Shown: positions 1-11,456 of the stretch, piece after piece
Position numbering within the stretch: the first letter of the stretch is position 1
Layout of the letters: each line of letters opens with the position of its first letter
NCBI GenBank assembly: GCA_964016885.1
Contig: OZ024740.1
Coordinates: 175,584,001 to 175,648,000 of the forward strand
Direction of reading: 5' to 3'
Length of the DNA stretch: 64,000 bases
Source: Eledone cirrhosa
Lineage: Eukaryota
Position numbers and translations under genes: made by a program
Notes under the pieces: generated by a model
What the model was told of the DNA's origin: nothing
Database searches by the model: none
The model's input: the letters and a program-made list of their open reading frames with translations, nothing else

Positions 1-69
1 CTGCTCAGCCGTTAATTTTCATAAGGAAAGTATATACTTTCGAACGTTCAACTATCTGGCAGATGGGTA

Positions 70-114
70 AACGGTGCTGATGATAGCTAACAAGCTTGAA
101 ACTAGTACATCGTT
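70..114 (+). ncRNA. Minimal type I hammerhead ribozyme (family A)
   Basis: aacggtg CTGATGA t-agc taacaa gct-t GAAA ctag TA catcgtt: stem I aacggtg/catcgtt, palindromic stem III actagt. Confidence 0.8.
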
Positions 115-543
115 CCTGTGTCAGTGTTGAACAAAAAGGTGACGTGGTTGCCTTAACACCGTATGGCATAAATTCAGGCTGTTCAGTTTGTTTACAAACG
201 AACAAAGCGACGTTATAATAAGCGCCGCTAAACTGATACGTGCATATATGTATGTGTACCTGTATGCATATGTATGTATATATGTATATATATATATATA
301 TATGTGCATGCTACTGTACGTCTGTATACATATATGTATGTACGTATACATGCATACTTACATTTAAGTAAGTGCCATACTAAGAGTGAGAAATGAAATT
401 TCGTTTTCATTTTGTTTCAATTTATCGTTTTCGGTATGCCGGACCGATTTAACTCACTCAATATGCAAATTAGGCTGCTCAGCCGTTAATTTTCATAAGG
501 AAAGTATATACTTTCGAACGTTCAACTATCTGGCAGATGGGTA

Positions 544-588
544 AACGGTGCTGATGATAGCTAACAAGCTTGAAACTAGTACATCGTT
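544..588 (+). ncRNA. Minimal type I hammerhead ribozyme (family A, second tandem copy)
   Basis: Identical to 70-114. Confidence 0.8.
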
Positions 589-830
589 CCTGTGTCAGTG
601 TTGAACAAAAAGGTGACGTGGTTGCCTTAACACCGTATGGCATAAATTCAGGCTGTTCAGTTTGTTTACAAACGAACAAAGCGACGTTATAATAAGCGCC
701 GCTAAACTGATACGTGCATATATGTATGTGTACCTGTATGCATATGTATGTATATATGTATATATATATATATGTGTGCATGCTACTGTACGTCTGTATA
801 CATATATGTATGTACGTATACATGCATACT

Positions 831-865
<35 letters not shown>

Positions 866-924
866 CAAGGCTCTGATACCATCAACACTATAAACACAGA
901 GCTGGCATATCTAAGAACTGACTA

Positions 925-980
925 ACTGCCTGATGAGGTCATAGTCATTCAATGGCTATCATCGAAATATATATAACAGT
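925..980 (+). ncRNA. Type I hammerhead ribozyme (family B)
   Basis: actgc CTGATGA ggt C atagtcat tca atggctat C atc GAAA tatata TA acagt, then AATAAA; one stem I mismatch compared with the 62784 copy; module 859-1026 matches 62717-62885. Confidence 0.8.
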
Positions 981-1136
981 AAATAAAGGATTATGAGTTC
1001 ATGCAATTGACTTATGTTTCGTCACTATATATATATATATATATAAAATAATAAAGTTATACACATCAATATATATAAAATAACAAAGTTATACACATCA
1101 ACAACATATGTACTTGTCTATACCACACTAATTCGG

Positions 1137-1191
1137 ACTGCCTGAAGAGGTCACAGCCAAAGATGGCTGTCACCGAAATATATATAGCAGT
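1137..1191 (+). ncRNA. Type I hammerhead ribozyme (related to family B)
   Basis: actgc CTGAAGA ggt C acagcca aaga tggctgt C acc GAAA tatata TA gcagt, followed by AATAAA; stems I and II fully paired apart from the C.C; stem II covaries with family B. Confidence 0.9.
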
Positions 1192-1781
1192 AATAAACGA
1201 AGCTAAATTTTAAACATTTGACTTATTTATTTTATTTTATTTTACATTACTCCGGAGTAAGCAAACCAATCTGCGCACTTCGTCGAGTGCTCCAATCTGC
1301 ATACCCAGGTGTTGGTATATATATATATATATATATATAATCATGATAAACAATTTATTATTGAGTGCTCTCCTTCAGTTCATTGCAACTAACATTACTA
1401 ACATACACACTTATATAACTATATATGTATCTGTATGAGTGTGGGCTTATGTGTTAATACGTGTGTGTGTCTGCATGTATAAGTGTGTGTGAGTGTGTGT
1501 GCATAACGTTAACACAGTACTTGACGTTGCCTGGGAAACAATGGATTTAGTCATAGGATAATTTTGTGGAACAGAATCACGGTCATTCTGCATAAATATA
1601 TTATCGGAAACACAACGTATATGTTCTTGGTACCAGAGATAGAGAGATTAACACATTTATATAAATATATATATATAAATATGTGTGCAAGTAACATTAC
1701 TAACATACGCACTTATATAACTATATATGTATCTGTATGAGTGTGGACATGTGTAATACGTGTGTGTGTCTGTATGTATAA

Positions 1782-1816
<35 letters not shown>

Positions 1817-3401
1817 CGTGCGTGTATGCGTGTGTGTATCATGTATACATGATACATTCATATACATACATACATTCATGTATATACATACATACATGCA
1901 TATATACATCTCTAGGAATAATACTAAGTTGAAATGTAATTTGGGACGCTTGTTAATAAACAAAGACTGTTATTCAACCTAAACGTAACTTGTAGGCGAT
2001 TATTTGAGGTAATTTTCCTCCAGCATTAAAGTCTTCATAATTTATGTTATATTGCATCACATTTACTAGCAGAAAAACCACCCTTCGGGTGGTTTTCTGC
2101 TGGTGTGTGTAGTGTGTATATTGATATTTTACGCAAGTATATATACATGTATATATGATGCATTAAATAAAATCGTAATTGACAATATACACAGATATTG
2201 AACGAAGACTGCGTTACACTCTCTTATGTAATCAGTAGCGTAATCCATGATACATAAAAAAAAGACGATATTATATATAAACTGCTTTAGGAGAAAATTA
2301 GTGACGGAAATATATGAATATTTATTTAAGCGATCGCCACCGGAAGTGCTGACACTTGAACATTTTAAAGAAGTTAATCTTTAAATAAATAATAAAATAT
2401 ATTTAATGAACATCCACGAAATTTAGTAGATAAATTATGTAATATTCATTCATTATTTATTGAAAGTAATCCAACTTATTTTACTAAGGGGATAAAAAAT
2501 TATGAACCGTACGTAATCCCGCGCTTCTTACTTTATTATAGTTTAGATTCTCAATCAGCAGAGAAGTACTCTGTGTGAAATTGGGTTTTGTTCGACGGTG
2601 ATAGGTTTTGACTGTACCCTTATCAGCGCGAATCATGCAATATGACTAAAGATAAACAGTTGCCATTTGTCCAGTTAGACATATAAATGGAGTAAATTTG
2701 ATCTTGAAAAAGTATCAGATTACCATGGTGTAGACCACAGGTTCTCAACCTATTTAGGCCAAATTCCCCCATTTGTCCCTCGAAATCACAAAACGCCCAC
2801 CTACCCTATTTTTCCAATTTTCAATATACTACTGATTTTGATATCACTAGATTACTAAAACATTGATGAACAATATTCCAAAGATGCCATTGCAGGCAGC
2901 TGAGAGTATAAATACATTCCTTGAAAGGAAATATCTAAATAAAAAAAAAAGGAACATAAATGTTCTTCTTTATGAATAAAGACCAGTTGAATTTTTTATA
3001 TTCCCACCAGGCGATACCAGCTATTTTGAACATTTATACAAGAGCAACTCTGTCTATCCAAAGAGTGTTCTTATCTGGAAGAAAGTGGCAATTATATCAT
3101 TTCAAAGCTTTCCAATTTTCTCTTTAATGAAACGGACAGAATAAATGTTGATATCTAACTTGTTGTCCCCTCTGCTTTGTGAGCTTAGAGACAATGGAAG
3201 AGGGTTTTCATGACCACGCGGGAGGGTGTATTCATTAGTAAATGGTAAAATATATACAACAAATGAGTAAGTGAATTGTAGTAGATGGTTTCCAGTCCAG
3301 TCAGACTGCAACTGCAAATAAAAAAAATTATTAGTTTGCTTTGTAACAATAGCATATCCAAGTTTTCAGATAAATCAACTTACTTTAACTTTGACTTCAT
3401 T

Positions 3402-4455
3402 TCAATGGGACCCTTGAACTTTATGGAGTCTAGCTAACTCTTTGACGTCAGGCTGGATTTTCATAAGATGTAGCCAGAGATCTCCACGTGTAATTACATT
3501 GTAGCGGTTGCGAGCCTTACTGTGCAGTCTGGAAACAGCACCAAACCTCCTCTTGACTAAGTATGAGCTTGGAAAAAGCAGAGCAAATCTCTTAGCCTCT
3601 GCATGTAGGTGTGGAAATCGACGCTGAATTTCCTCTTGCATCCAAAAAAGGGGTTCACCTATTTTGGGAAATCTAATTTTGATCATGTCATCTGCTTGAA
3701 GTTTACTGAATTCTTCCTGAAATATAACGTCCAAATCATTGATGTTAGCTATGAAGGGATCTGCTACCCACATTGGGATGTCCATCAGCAAAAGGTCGAC
3801 AAACCGTTCTCTCACGTTGTCTTGTAGCGCACGGAGGTGAGCGGTATAAATTTGGAGTTGGTCATCGCTTACAATGTTTTGAACATTGGCGACACTAGGA
3901 AAATTATAGAATTCCCGTCAACAAAGATTCCTTTCGATGACATTCAATTTGGCCAGGAATGTTTTCACAGCATTCCTTGCTTTAAGCAAGGTGATCTTCT
4001 TCCCCTGCAAAGCCAAAATGACGCTATTGCATTTGTCGAAGGTGTCGGTGAGGTAGGCGTAGTTTTGCCACACATCGAGGGTTTATTGCACAGTTCTGTG
4101 TTGCGTCCTCGCAGAAACTCAATGATAGATTTGAACAGTTCAAAGAAGTGAGTAAGGCACTTGCCCTTTGAAAGCCACCTCACTTCATTATGAAGGAGCA
4201 ACTTGACGAATTCTTCGTCATTATCTTGGCACAGTTGCCGGAAAACTCGTTCATTAAGGAAATGCCTTTTGATAAAATTGATGACATCAATGGCCACCTG
4301 CAAGGACTTGCTCAGCGGCTTGCTGAGTTTCTTCGCAGCCAAGTGTTGTCGATGAATGACACAATGAACAACAAATACAGATAGATTTTCTCTCTTCAGA
4401 AGAGTGATGAAACCCTTATGTTGGCCGACCATTGCTCTTGCGTCGTCCGTAGCAG
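3402..4455 (-). pseudogene. hAT transposase C-terminal remnant (frameshifted)
   Basis: Motifs TDDARAMVG, HCVIHRQHL (CxxH), LLHNEVRWLSKG and LLFPSSYLV (dimerisation region). Confidence 0.9.
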
Positions 4456-4463
4456 ATGAAACA

Positions 4464-4952
4464 ATGTGTGTTGTATTTGGTCCTAGATGTATGTATTACC
4501 TGCCTGTGTGTTGTAGGTAGTTCAAGATGTATGTATTACCTGCTTATGTATTGCATGTGGTCCCAGCTGTATGTATTACCTTCTTGTGTGTTGTATGTGG
4601 TCCTAGATGTGTGTATGACCTCCTTATATGTTGTATGTGGTCCTAGATGTATGTATTACCTGATTATGTGATGTATGTGGTTCTAGATGTTTGTATTACC
4701 TGATTATGTGTTGTATGTGGTGCTAGATGTTTGTATTACCTGCTTATGTGTTGTATGTGGTCCTAAATGTATGTATTACCTGCCTCTGTGTTGCATGTGG
4801 TCCTAGATGCGTGTATTACCTGCTTATGTGTTCTATGTGGTCCTAGATGTGTGTATGACCTGCTTATGTATTGTATGTGGTCCTAGATGTGTGTATTACC
4901 TGCTTATGTGTTGTACGTGGTCCTAGATCTGTGTGCTACTCGCTTCTGTGTT
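4464..4952. repeat. 40-bp minisatellite, about 12 copies
   Basis: Unit approximately atgtgttgtatgtggtcctagatgtgtgtattacctgctt; begins where transposase homology stops. Confidence 0.9.
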
Positions 4953-5259
4953 TTTTTTTATTTTTTTTTATTTGTAATATTATTTATACAATAGGAAATA
5001 AAATAGATCTACGGTTGAGTCAATAATTTCAGACATGAAATACATTGTTATCGGCGAAGGAAAGACAAGATTCTAACTGGCTGCGCTCAAAGTGTTCTTG
5101 ACCCAGTTGACTGTGGGTTTTTCCATTTTTAGGATCTCAATTACCGGTTAATGTCTAGACACACCTGCTCACAGCTGCGGTCAGAACATAGTTATACTGT
5201 CTGCATGCTCATTCAAATGCATTCACACTGGCTGTCTCAAAGACATACACATATGGCTT

Positions 5260-5490
5260 ATAAAACCTACCAAAGTAAAGAGCCTTCCAGTGCTCCCCAA
5301 CACTCCAAACGCTCCCCTAACGCCCCTTGCTCCCAAATGCCACCCTGGAGTTCCGAAACGCCCTCCGGTGGTGCATATGCTCCGGAGGGCGTTTCGGAAC
5401 TCCAGGGTGGCATTTGGGAGCAAGGGGCGTTAGGGGAGCGTTTGGAGTGTTGGGGAGCACTGGAAGGCTCTTTAATTTGGTAGGTTTTAT
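5260..5490. mobile_element. Fold-back/MITE-like palindrome
   Basis: ~109-bp near-perfect arms (5260-5368 and 5382-5490) around a 13-nt spacer. Confidence 0.7.
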
Positions 5491-5721
5491 GACATATACG
5501 TCTACACCAAAGTTCTCAACAGGGGTACATATGCCCCCCCGTTGAGAACCTTTGGTGTAGACGTATATGTTGTTGTCCGATATACGACAGATTCGCAGGT
5601 TGATTCTGGTTGGCCTTTCCGATATATTATTCAAGTTTAAGTTGATTATTAAAAAAAATTAATCTTTCATATATATGTACACACACACGCACACACACAC
5701 ACACACGCACACGCACACGCG

Positions 5722-5793
<72 letters not shown>

Positions 5794-5813
5794 CCCACAC
5801 ACACCCACACACC

Positions 5814-5854
<41 letters not shown>

Positions 5855-7622
5855 CTTCACCCTTATCAGCTCACAAACCACCAAAATGATTTCGCACGCA
5901 GTTTAAGTGACTGCGTGCGAAATCATTTTTGCTGCGCCAACACACTTCTCCTTGTCCTCCACTCGACCACAGCGGATAACTATGAAAGGAAGAGCAGCTT
6001 CTTCTTTTACAGCATTCTGGACATGAGTAGCAGGATTTTACTGTTACCATTCAAAACAATCCTATTGTTTCATACGACAGTTCCAGTTGTATCATTTCCT
6101 GGCTTCCTTGTTTCTCTGCATATACAGAGGGCCGACTTTAACCTTTGTGTGTGACATTCTGTTATACGTAAGTATCTTTCGTATCTTCCTATCTATCCGT
6201 TTAATTTCACTAATATTCCAGTTGACGATGTTTAAGATTTAAATTACAACTGAAACGGCTAATGCGTACGTACATACGAAAATAACTCCCCACCTCTTCG
6301 TACCTGTCTAACCACCTACCTATCTACCTACCTACCTACATACATACATACATGATGGCTGCCCTCTCGTTATCGAGTATGGCCATTGCACGATATACCA
6401 TTATTAATTAGATCTATCGTGCAATCCCTGTGCGTGAAGATATTTTTTAAAGTGAGCCAATCCCACTCTCTGAGCGACAGTAGCTATAACCAGAAAAGAA
6501 GAAAGGATCAACATCGGTAACTACTGAGCCGCAGGTTTTATATCGGAGTTATCCCAGTTTCATGAGTTGCCTTCTCCTAGAAGAATGCCCTGACAAAGGC
6601 TAGGGGTCCTTCGCTCTCAGCAGTACATGTCTATATACATATTTACACAATTTCCGATGGCCGTTGACTCTTATGAGTTCTTCCGCCCTTTGTCAGGTTT
6701 TGTTTTTTGTCGTGCAGGGTGCCCCAAATCACCCTCCTCACCAAGTAAACTTGGTGGGATTGCCGGTTTAGTCGCCAACGATCCGACCATGCAACAGGTT
6801 GTACTGGGTTACATGTTACCAGTAGCACTCATGAGATACATACATACATGGTGGCTGCCAACTCGTTTTCGAGTACGGCCACTACTTTATATCCATGTAG
6901 GAGAAACCCTACCGATGCGCTGAACGAGTGTGACTTTTTAGTCCAGCCAGCGACATGAAAACTCTGGTACAAACACTACACTTGTGACAATTATTGACAC
7001 ATAGTGCTGGGCCCATGGTACCATGTGACGACAAGTGCAAAGAGATCTCCAGATATAAAGCAATGCCAGTGCCGTGAAGCTTTTATAGTGAGCAAAGGCA
7101 CTGCACAAAGCCAGTCCCACTCTCTTAAGCAAGATGATATTTACCAAAAAGAAGAACAAATCAACATCATTGGATATCATCAGGGTTGCAGGTGTTATAT
7201 CAGATTTTTGCTTCTCCGAGAATTCTGCCTTGACAAAGGCTAAGGGGTCATCTCTCCCATACATACATACATACATACATACATACATACATACATACAT
7301 ACAAACAAACAAACTAACGGATAGTGTTTCTGCTATGATGATAGGCCTCAAGGGAAGCAAGTGAAGCAATGATATTATTGGACAGTTGCTGATGATGTGG
7401 ATCATATCTTTTGTTCCAGTTGCATGCTTGATTAAGTCAAACATATTTCGGTCAAAATAATTTCGGTCAAATATTTCGGTCAAAATAATCACAGCCAATA
7501 ATGAGAATAGTTTAAGACAGGTTTAATGAAAAAAAAATTATATTTCTTCTCATGTTGAGTTAAGTACCTACATTATATGTTTTACTGAAATCCTTTGAAA
7601 ACAATGCTTGTTATTATATTTC

Positions 7623-7807
7623 GAATTGGCAGTATCGGTAGAGGATCGGACACCCTGCTGTGACGCATAGTGTTACGGCCCTTGCTATTCTGAGTTCAAA
7701 TCCCGCCGAGGTTAACTTTGCATTTCATCCTTACCGTCTCGATAAAATAAAGTACCAGTAATACACTGGGTAATTGCTGGTCTTGTGCCAAAAGTAGAAA
7801 CAATTAT
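7623..7807 (+). mobile_element. tRNA-derived SINE with Meta-domain-like core
   Basis: A-box tggcagtatcgg, B-box gagttcaaatcc, core tttcatccttac...cgataaaataaagtaccag; many copies in the window. Confidence 0.85.
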
Positions 7808-7977
7808 ATTTCGTATATATATATATATATATATATATATAAGCAAAGGGATATTTAATTTGTTGGTAATTCAACAAATATATATATTTATAACAGATTC
7901 GAAGCACTCGACAAGTTTCTCGAGTATAATATCAATGATATTTATAAATGGAAACTATATTTATAAAACCATATTTG

Positions 7978-8034
7978 TTCTATTATATATATTTCAAGGG
8001 TACCAACACTTTGGTACGCTCTCATCAGATATAA
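7978..8034 (-). ncRNA. Type I hammerhead ribozyme
   Basis: Minus strand: ttatat CTGATGA gag C gtaccaa agtg ttggtac C ctt GAAA tatata TA atagaa; the module 3' end abuts (TA)n at ~7815-7841. Confidence 0.8.
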
Positions 8035-8067
8035 TACAGAGCTTGTTTTATAAATATTGACATATCC

Positions 8068-8146
8068 AGGAATGAGACCTTAACGGTTCAAGTTTTACCT
8101 GGATAGTCTATCCAGGTAAAACTTGAACCGTTAACGTCTCATTCCT
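8068..8146. repeat. Near-perfect palindrome with 39-bp arms
   Basis: aggaatgagaccttaacggttcaagttttacctggatag-t-ctatccaggtaaaacttgaaccgttaacgtctcattcct, one mismatch. Confidence 0.9.
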
Positions 8147-10798
8147 CGATAATAAATATTGACATACCAGAGATATGAAAGATATCGTCTTAAAGATTTT
8201 GTAAAATCTCTAATGCTCGCTGGTCACGCTGACACTATCTGTAAATGAGCTCTATCAAAAATAGCTTCATTGCATAATCTATAAAGCGATATTGTATTTC
8301 ATACCTCGGCATCTGGGCCTATGTAAGCAACTGCTCCGCATTACAGGCCCAAGCAACTCATCTGACTTAAGTGACCATATACTATATGTTGCGATGTCGA
8401 TATTTCGAATAGACATCATACACATATTTCCCCTATTGGTTCTTTACTTGGTTTGTTTGACTGTGAATTCTGGCCATGCTGGAACACCACTATATGTATT
8501 GTAGCATCTGCTTTTGTTTAATGTTTATCTCCGTGTGTGAGAGTGTGAATGTTTGTTTTTAGTTTATGTATTTAAGATGATTAATATAGAATGTAAAAAG
8601 TAAGTCTATTCCAGCGATACTTTTAATATTAAGCTTGAACCTCGGGAATTGGGTCAATGCTAAACGAAAAAAATATTCAATATATTATGTAGAGGTTTTA
8701 TCTATTTAGAATCTGCTATGCTGCTCAGAATTTCGCACTACTGAACAGTGAGAGAAGATGTATCGGCAGGGCACTGTTTAGTTCAATTCTCACCGTCCAA
8801 AATAGTCATGTGGTAGTTGGTGTGGCAGCCTTATAAGCATTGTTAATATTGCGGGCTTTAGATATTGCAGTGTAGGATCTAACACTGAAATCTCATGTGC
8901 AGGCGACACGGTTACGACGGTGGTTGTGTAGCCTCAATTAACTTTAATCAAGTAGTCATATACCGATGCATGCAGGCAGCCGAAATACGAGAAGCCACAC
9001 CAAGTTCTATCTTCCCTGTTATACTATGTCGTCGTCTAACTGTGGAACGTGCGGTATATTCTGACATGCATCGGAAAGTAGTATGGAGTGCCAATGGATG
9101 GAAGTTATCTAATTTGAATGATCTCCAGTGACGAAGACAGAAGATAAAAACAGGGTACTTAACTCCTAGCGGAGTCATAGGTGCGCCATCATGACACACG
9201 GCATATATTGGGCATTTAAAATCTGACAGAACCCGTACCTCTCCAAGTCGGAACACTTCCGATTTCTTCTATTGAAAGAAAAACAGAAAAAGAAGCTATC
9301 AATTCTTCAATGATAATAATTAATTTATTTACAAAATTCCAAAATAGTGTGCAGCCATGATAGATTGCAGTTTACAATAACGTAATCCAATATAATTATA
9401 TACCAATATATTTGTATAGTGTATTACACATTTGTCTGTAACATTCGAATATAATAAAAACGCTAGAGAGTTTGGCTGTGTGAATTTTTTCATACTTTCG
9501 AAAGAAAGTAGTGTGTGGGGCAAGAAAGAAAGGAAAAAATATCTGAAGATCAGGAAAAAGAAGACAGAATAAGAACAACATTTACAGCATTATATAATGG
9601 ACTATCAAATATCGTTTTACTTTCTTTTTACTCATTTCCAAATATTTCTTTTCCAATTTCTAAGGAGAACAAACAAGACATACACACACAGAGATACGCA
9701 GAAATACACATATTCACACCGACACATACACGCACACATACGCGAACGCACATTCTCTCACTTCACTCCTCAAGTTATAAAAAAACCAACTTTTACTTTC
9801 GACATGTCCTGTCTGTTCTTTCCCGCCTTATACTCGATCTCTTCCGTTTCCCCCCTCTTTAGTCCTTTAGTATATTCCAAAGTTATTGAGAGAAAATTAA
9901 TATATTGTAAATACACTAGCATATTTGATACACAAATATGTATATGTGTGCGTTTTTGTACGTAGGTGTGTGTATGTGTTTGTGTGTGTGTGGGTCTGAA
10001 AATATGCTTCGGTGTATATGTTTATATGTGTGTATTTGTATGTATATATGCGTGTGTTCTTTTTGCAGGTATGTTTATGTGTATCTCTACACAGAAAGAA
10101 AGTGGACGGTAGAGTGTGGAGTAAGAAAAAAATACCTGAAGATCAGGAGAAAGGAGAGGCGGTGTGTCTATTTGGAAGTTTGAATTCACAAAGAGAGGAA
10201 AAGCACTCAATGGATAAGTAGAGTGTAAATATTTATCGTTGTTCTGATATTACTAGCTGTTACTACTTTGAGTTTCCCTCATGGCGCATATCATATTACA
10301 TAATCCATTATGTACTTGCATATATGTGTCTGTATCTTTGTGTAAAGATGGATGCTTTAATGGTTACAATGTATTGTACACAATTGTAAGGTCATGGTTT
10401 CGATTCCTGGCGTTGAGCACACACTATATATCAAATTGCTTAAAGGTTTCAAAAATGAGTTGTTTCTTCAATTCAAAGTGCCACTCTTATCATTAACCTC
10501 ATTGAGAACTACATTAACGGCAGGCGAGTCTGTGGAATACTCGGCCAGTTGCACGTTAATTCCGTAAGGAAGCTGTTCCGTTGCACAGAAAGCTGGCTCA
10601 CTCACCGTCGGGACCTATGGTGATCCAAAGCGCTGACGCTGTTTCTTTGTGTTTATGTTTACTCTATCTGAACGCAGCATAGCCGAATGGTTAAGATCTT
10701 TGTTTTGGAATCGTTAAATCATGGATTTAATCACTTCAATTTATTATCAATTTCCAGTTGCTTAGTTTAATAACCAAATAGTTGTTTGTTTGTTTATT

Positions 10799-10841
10799 GT
10801 CAAAGCTCTTTCATCACACATTCTGTGACCTCCTCAGTGAC
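10799..10841 (-). ncRNA. Type I hammerhead ribozyme (family D)
   Basis: Minus strand: gtca CTGAGGA g gtcac agaatgt gtgat GAAA gagc TT tgac AATAAA; homolog of 38516. Confidence 0.75.
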
Positions 10842-10989
10842 TTATTTGGTCTTTTTTTGTGTCTCTCCTTTTTTTGTGTCTCTCTAGTTTTTGTGAAAAC
10901 AAGATGGTGTAGGACATGCTATATATATATATATATATACATACACACGCACACACTCTCTCTCACAGAAACACACATGGTGTGAGTGT

Positions 10990-11027
<38 letters not shown>

Positions 11028-11241
11028 GAGAGAGAGATAGATGTATTTCTGAAGGTGTGTATTTTTGTCAAACTGCTTTCCTTCCAACGTTACATTTTCT
11101 CTCCATTATTATACAAGTATGATATTCATATATTTATACAAAGTTATGCATGTACACATGTATGATTGTGAATATGTCAATACGTATATCTGTTACTACT
11201 ACTCCCTCTCCTATTTCTATCTCATTCTACATTTCTGTGGT

Positions 11242-11276
<35 letters not shown>

Positions 11277-11401
11277 ATTTACATTCACTCACACACATTA
11301 TACCTGGATTAATCCTTTTAAAGTACTTTGTATGTCCTATCTCTTTCTCTCTGTGTATATATATATACACATATATATATCCATCTATTTATCCCCCCCC
11401 C

Positions 11402-11456
<55 letters not shown>

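Larger units (their letters stand above)
1..835 (+). mobile_element. Tandem copies (474-bp period) of a non-coding hammerhead-bearing element (family A; retrozyme-like or non-autonomous PLE derivative)
   Basis: 1-~360 repeats almost exactly at 475-~835; each unit has an HHR; homologs at 13214-14110, 56390-56622 and 57147-57690; the second copy runs into (TA)n. Confidence 0.75.
2736..5554 (-). mobile_element. Degenerate hAT (Buster/Charlie-like) DNA transposon with nested repeats
   Basis: TIRs cacaggttctcaac (2736) and gttgagaacctttg (5541-5554); identical 8-bp flanks gtgtagac at 2728-2735 and 5555-5562. Confidence 0.8.

Noticed and set aside
7623-7710. tRNA gene
   Set aside because: A/B boxes run into a multi-copy SINE body; no complete cloverleaf
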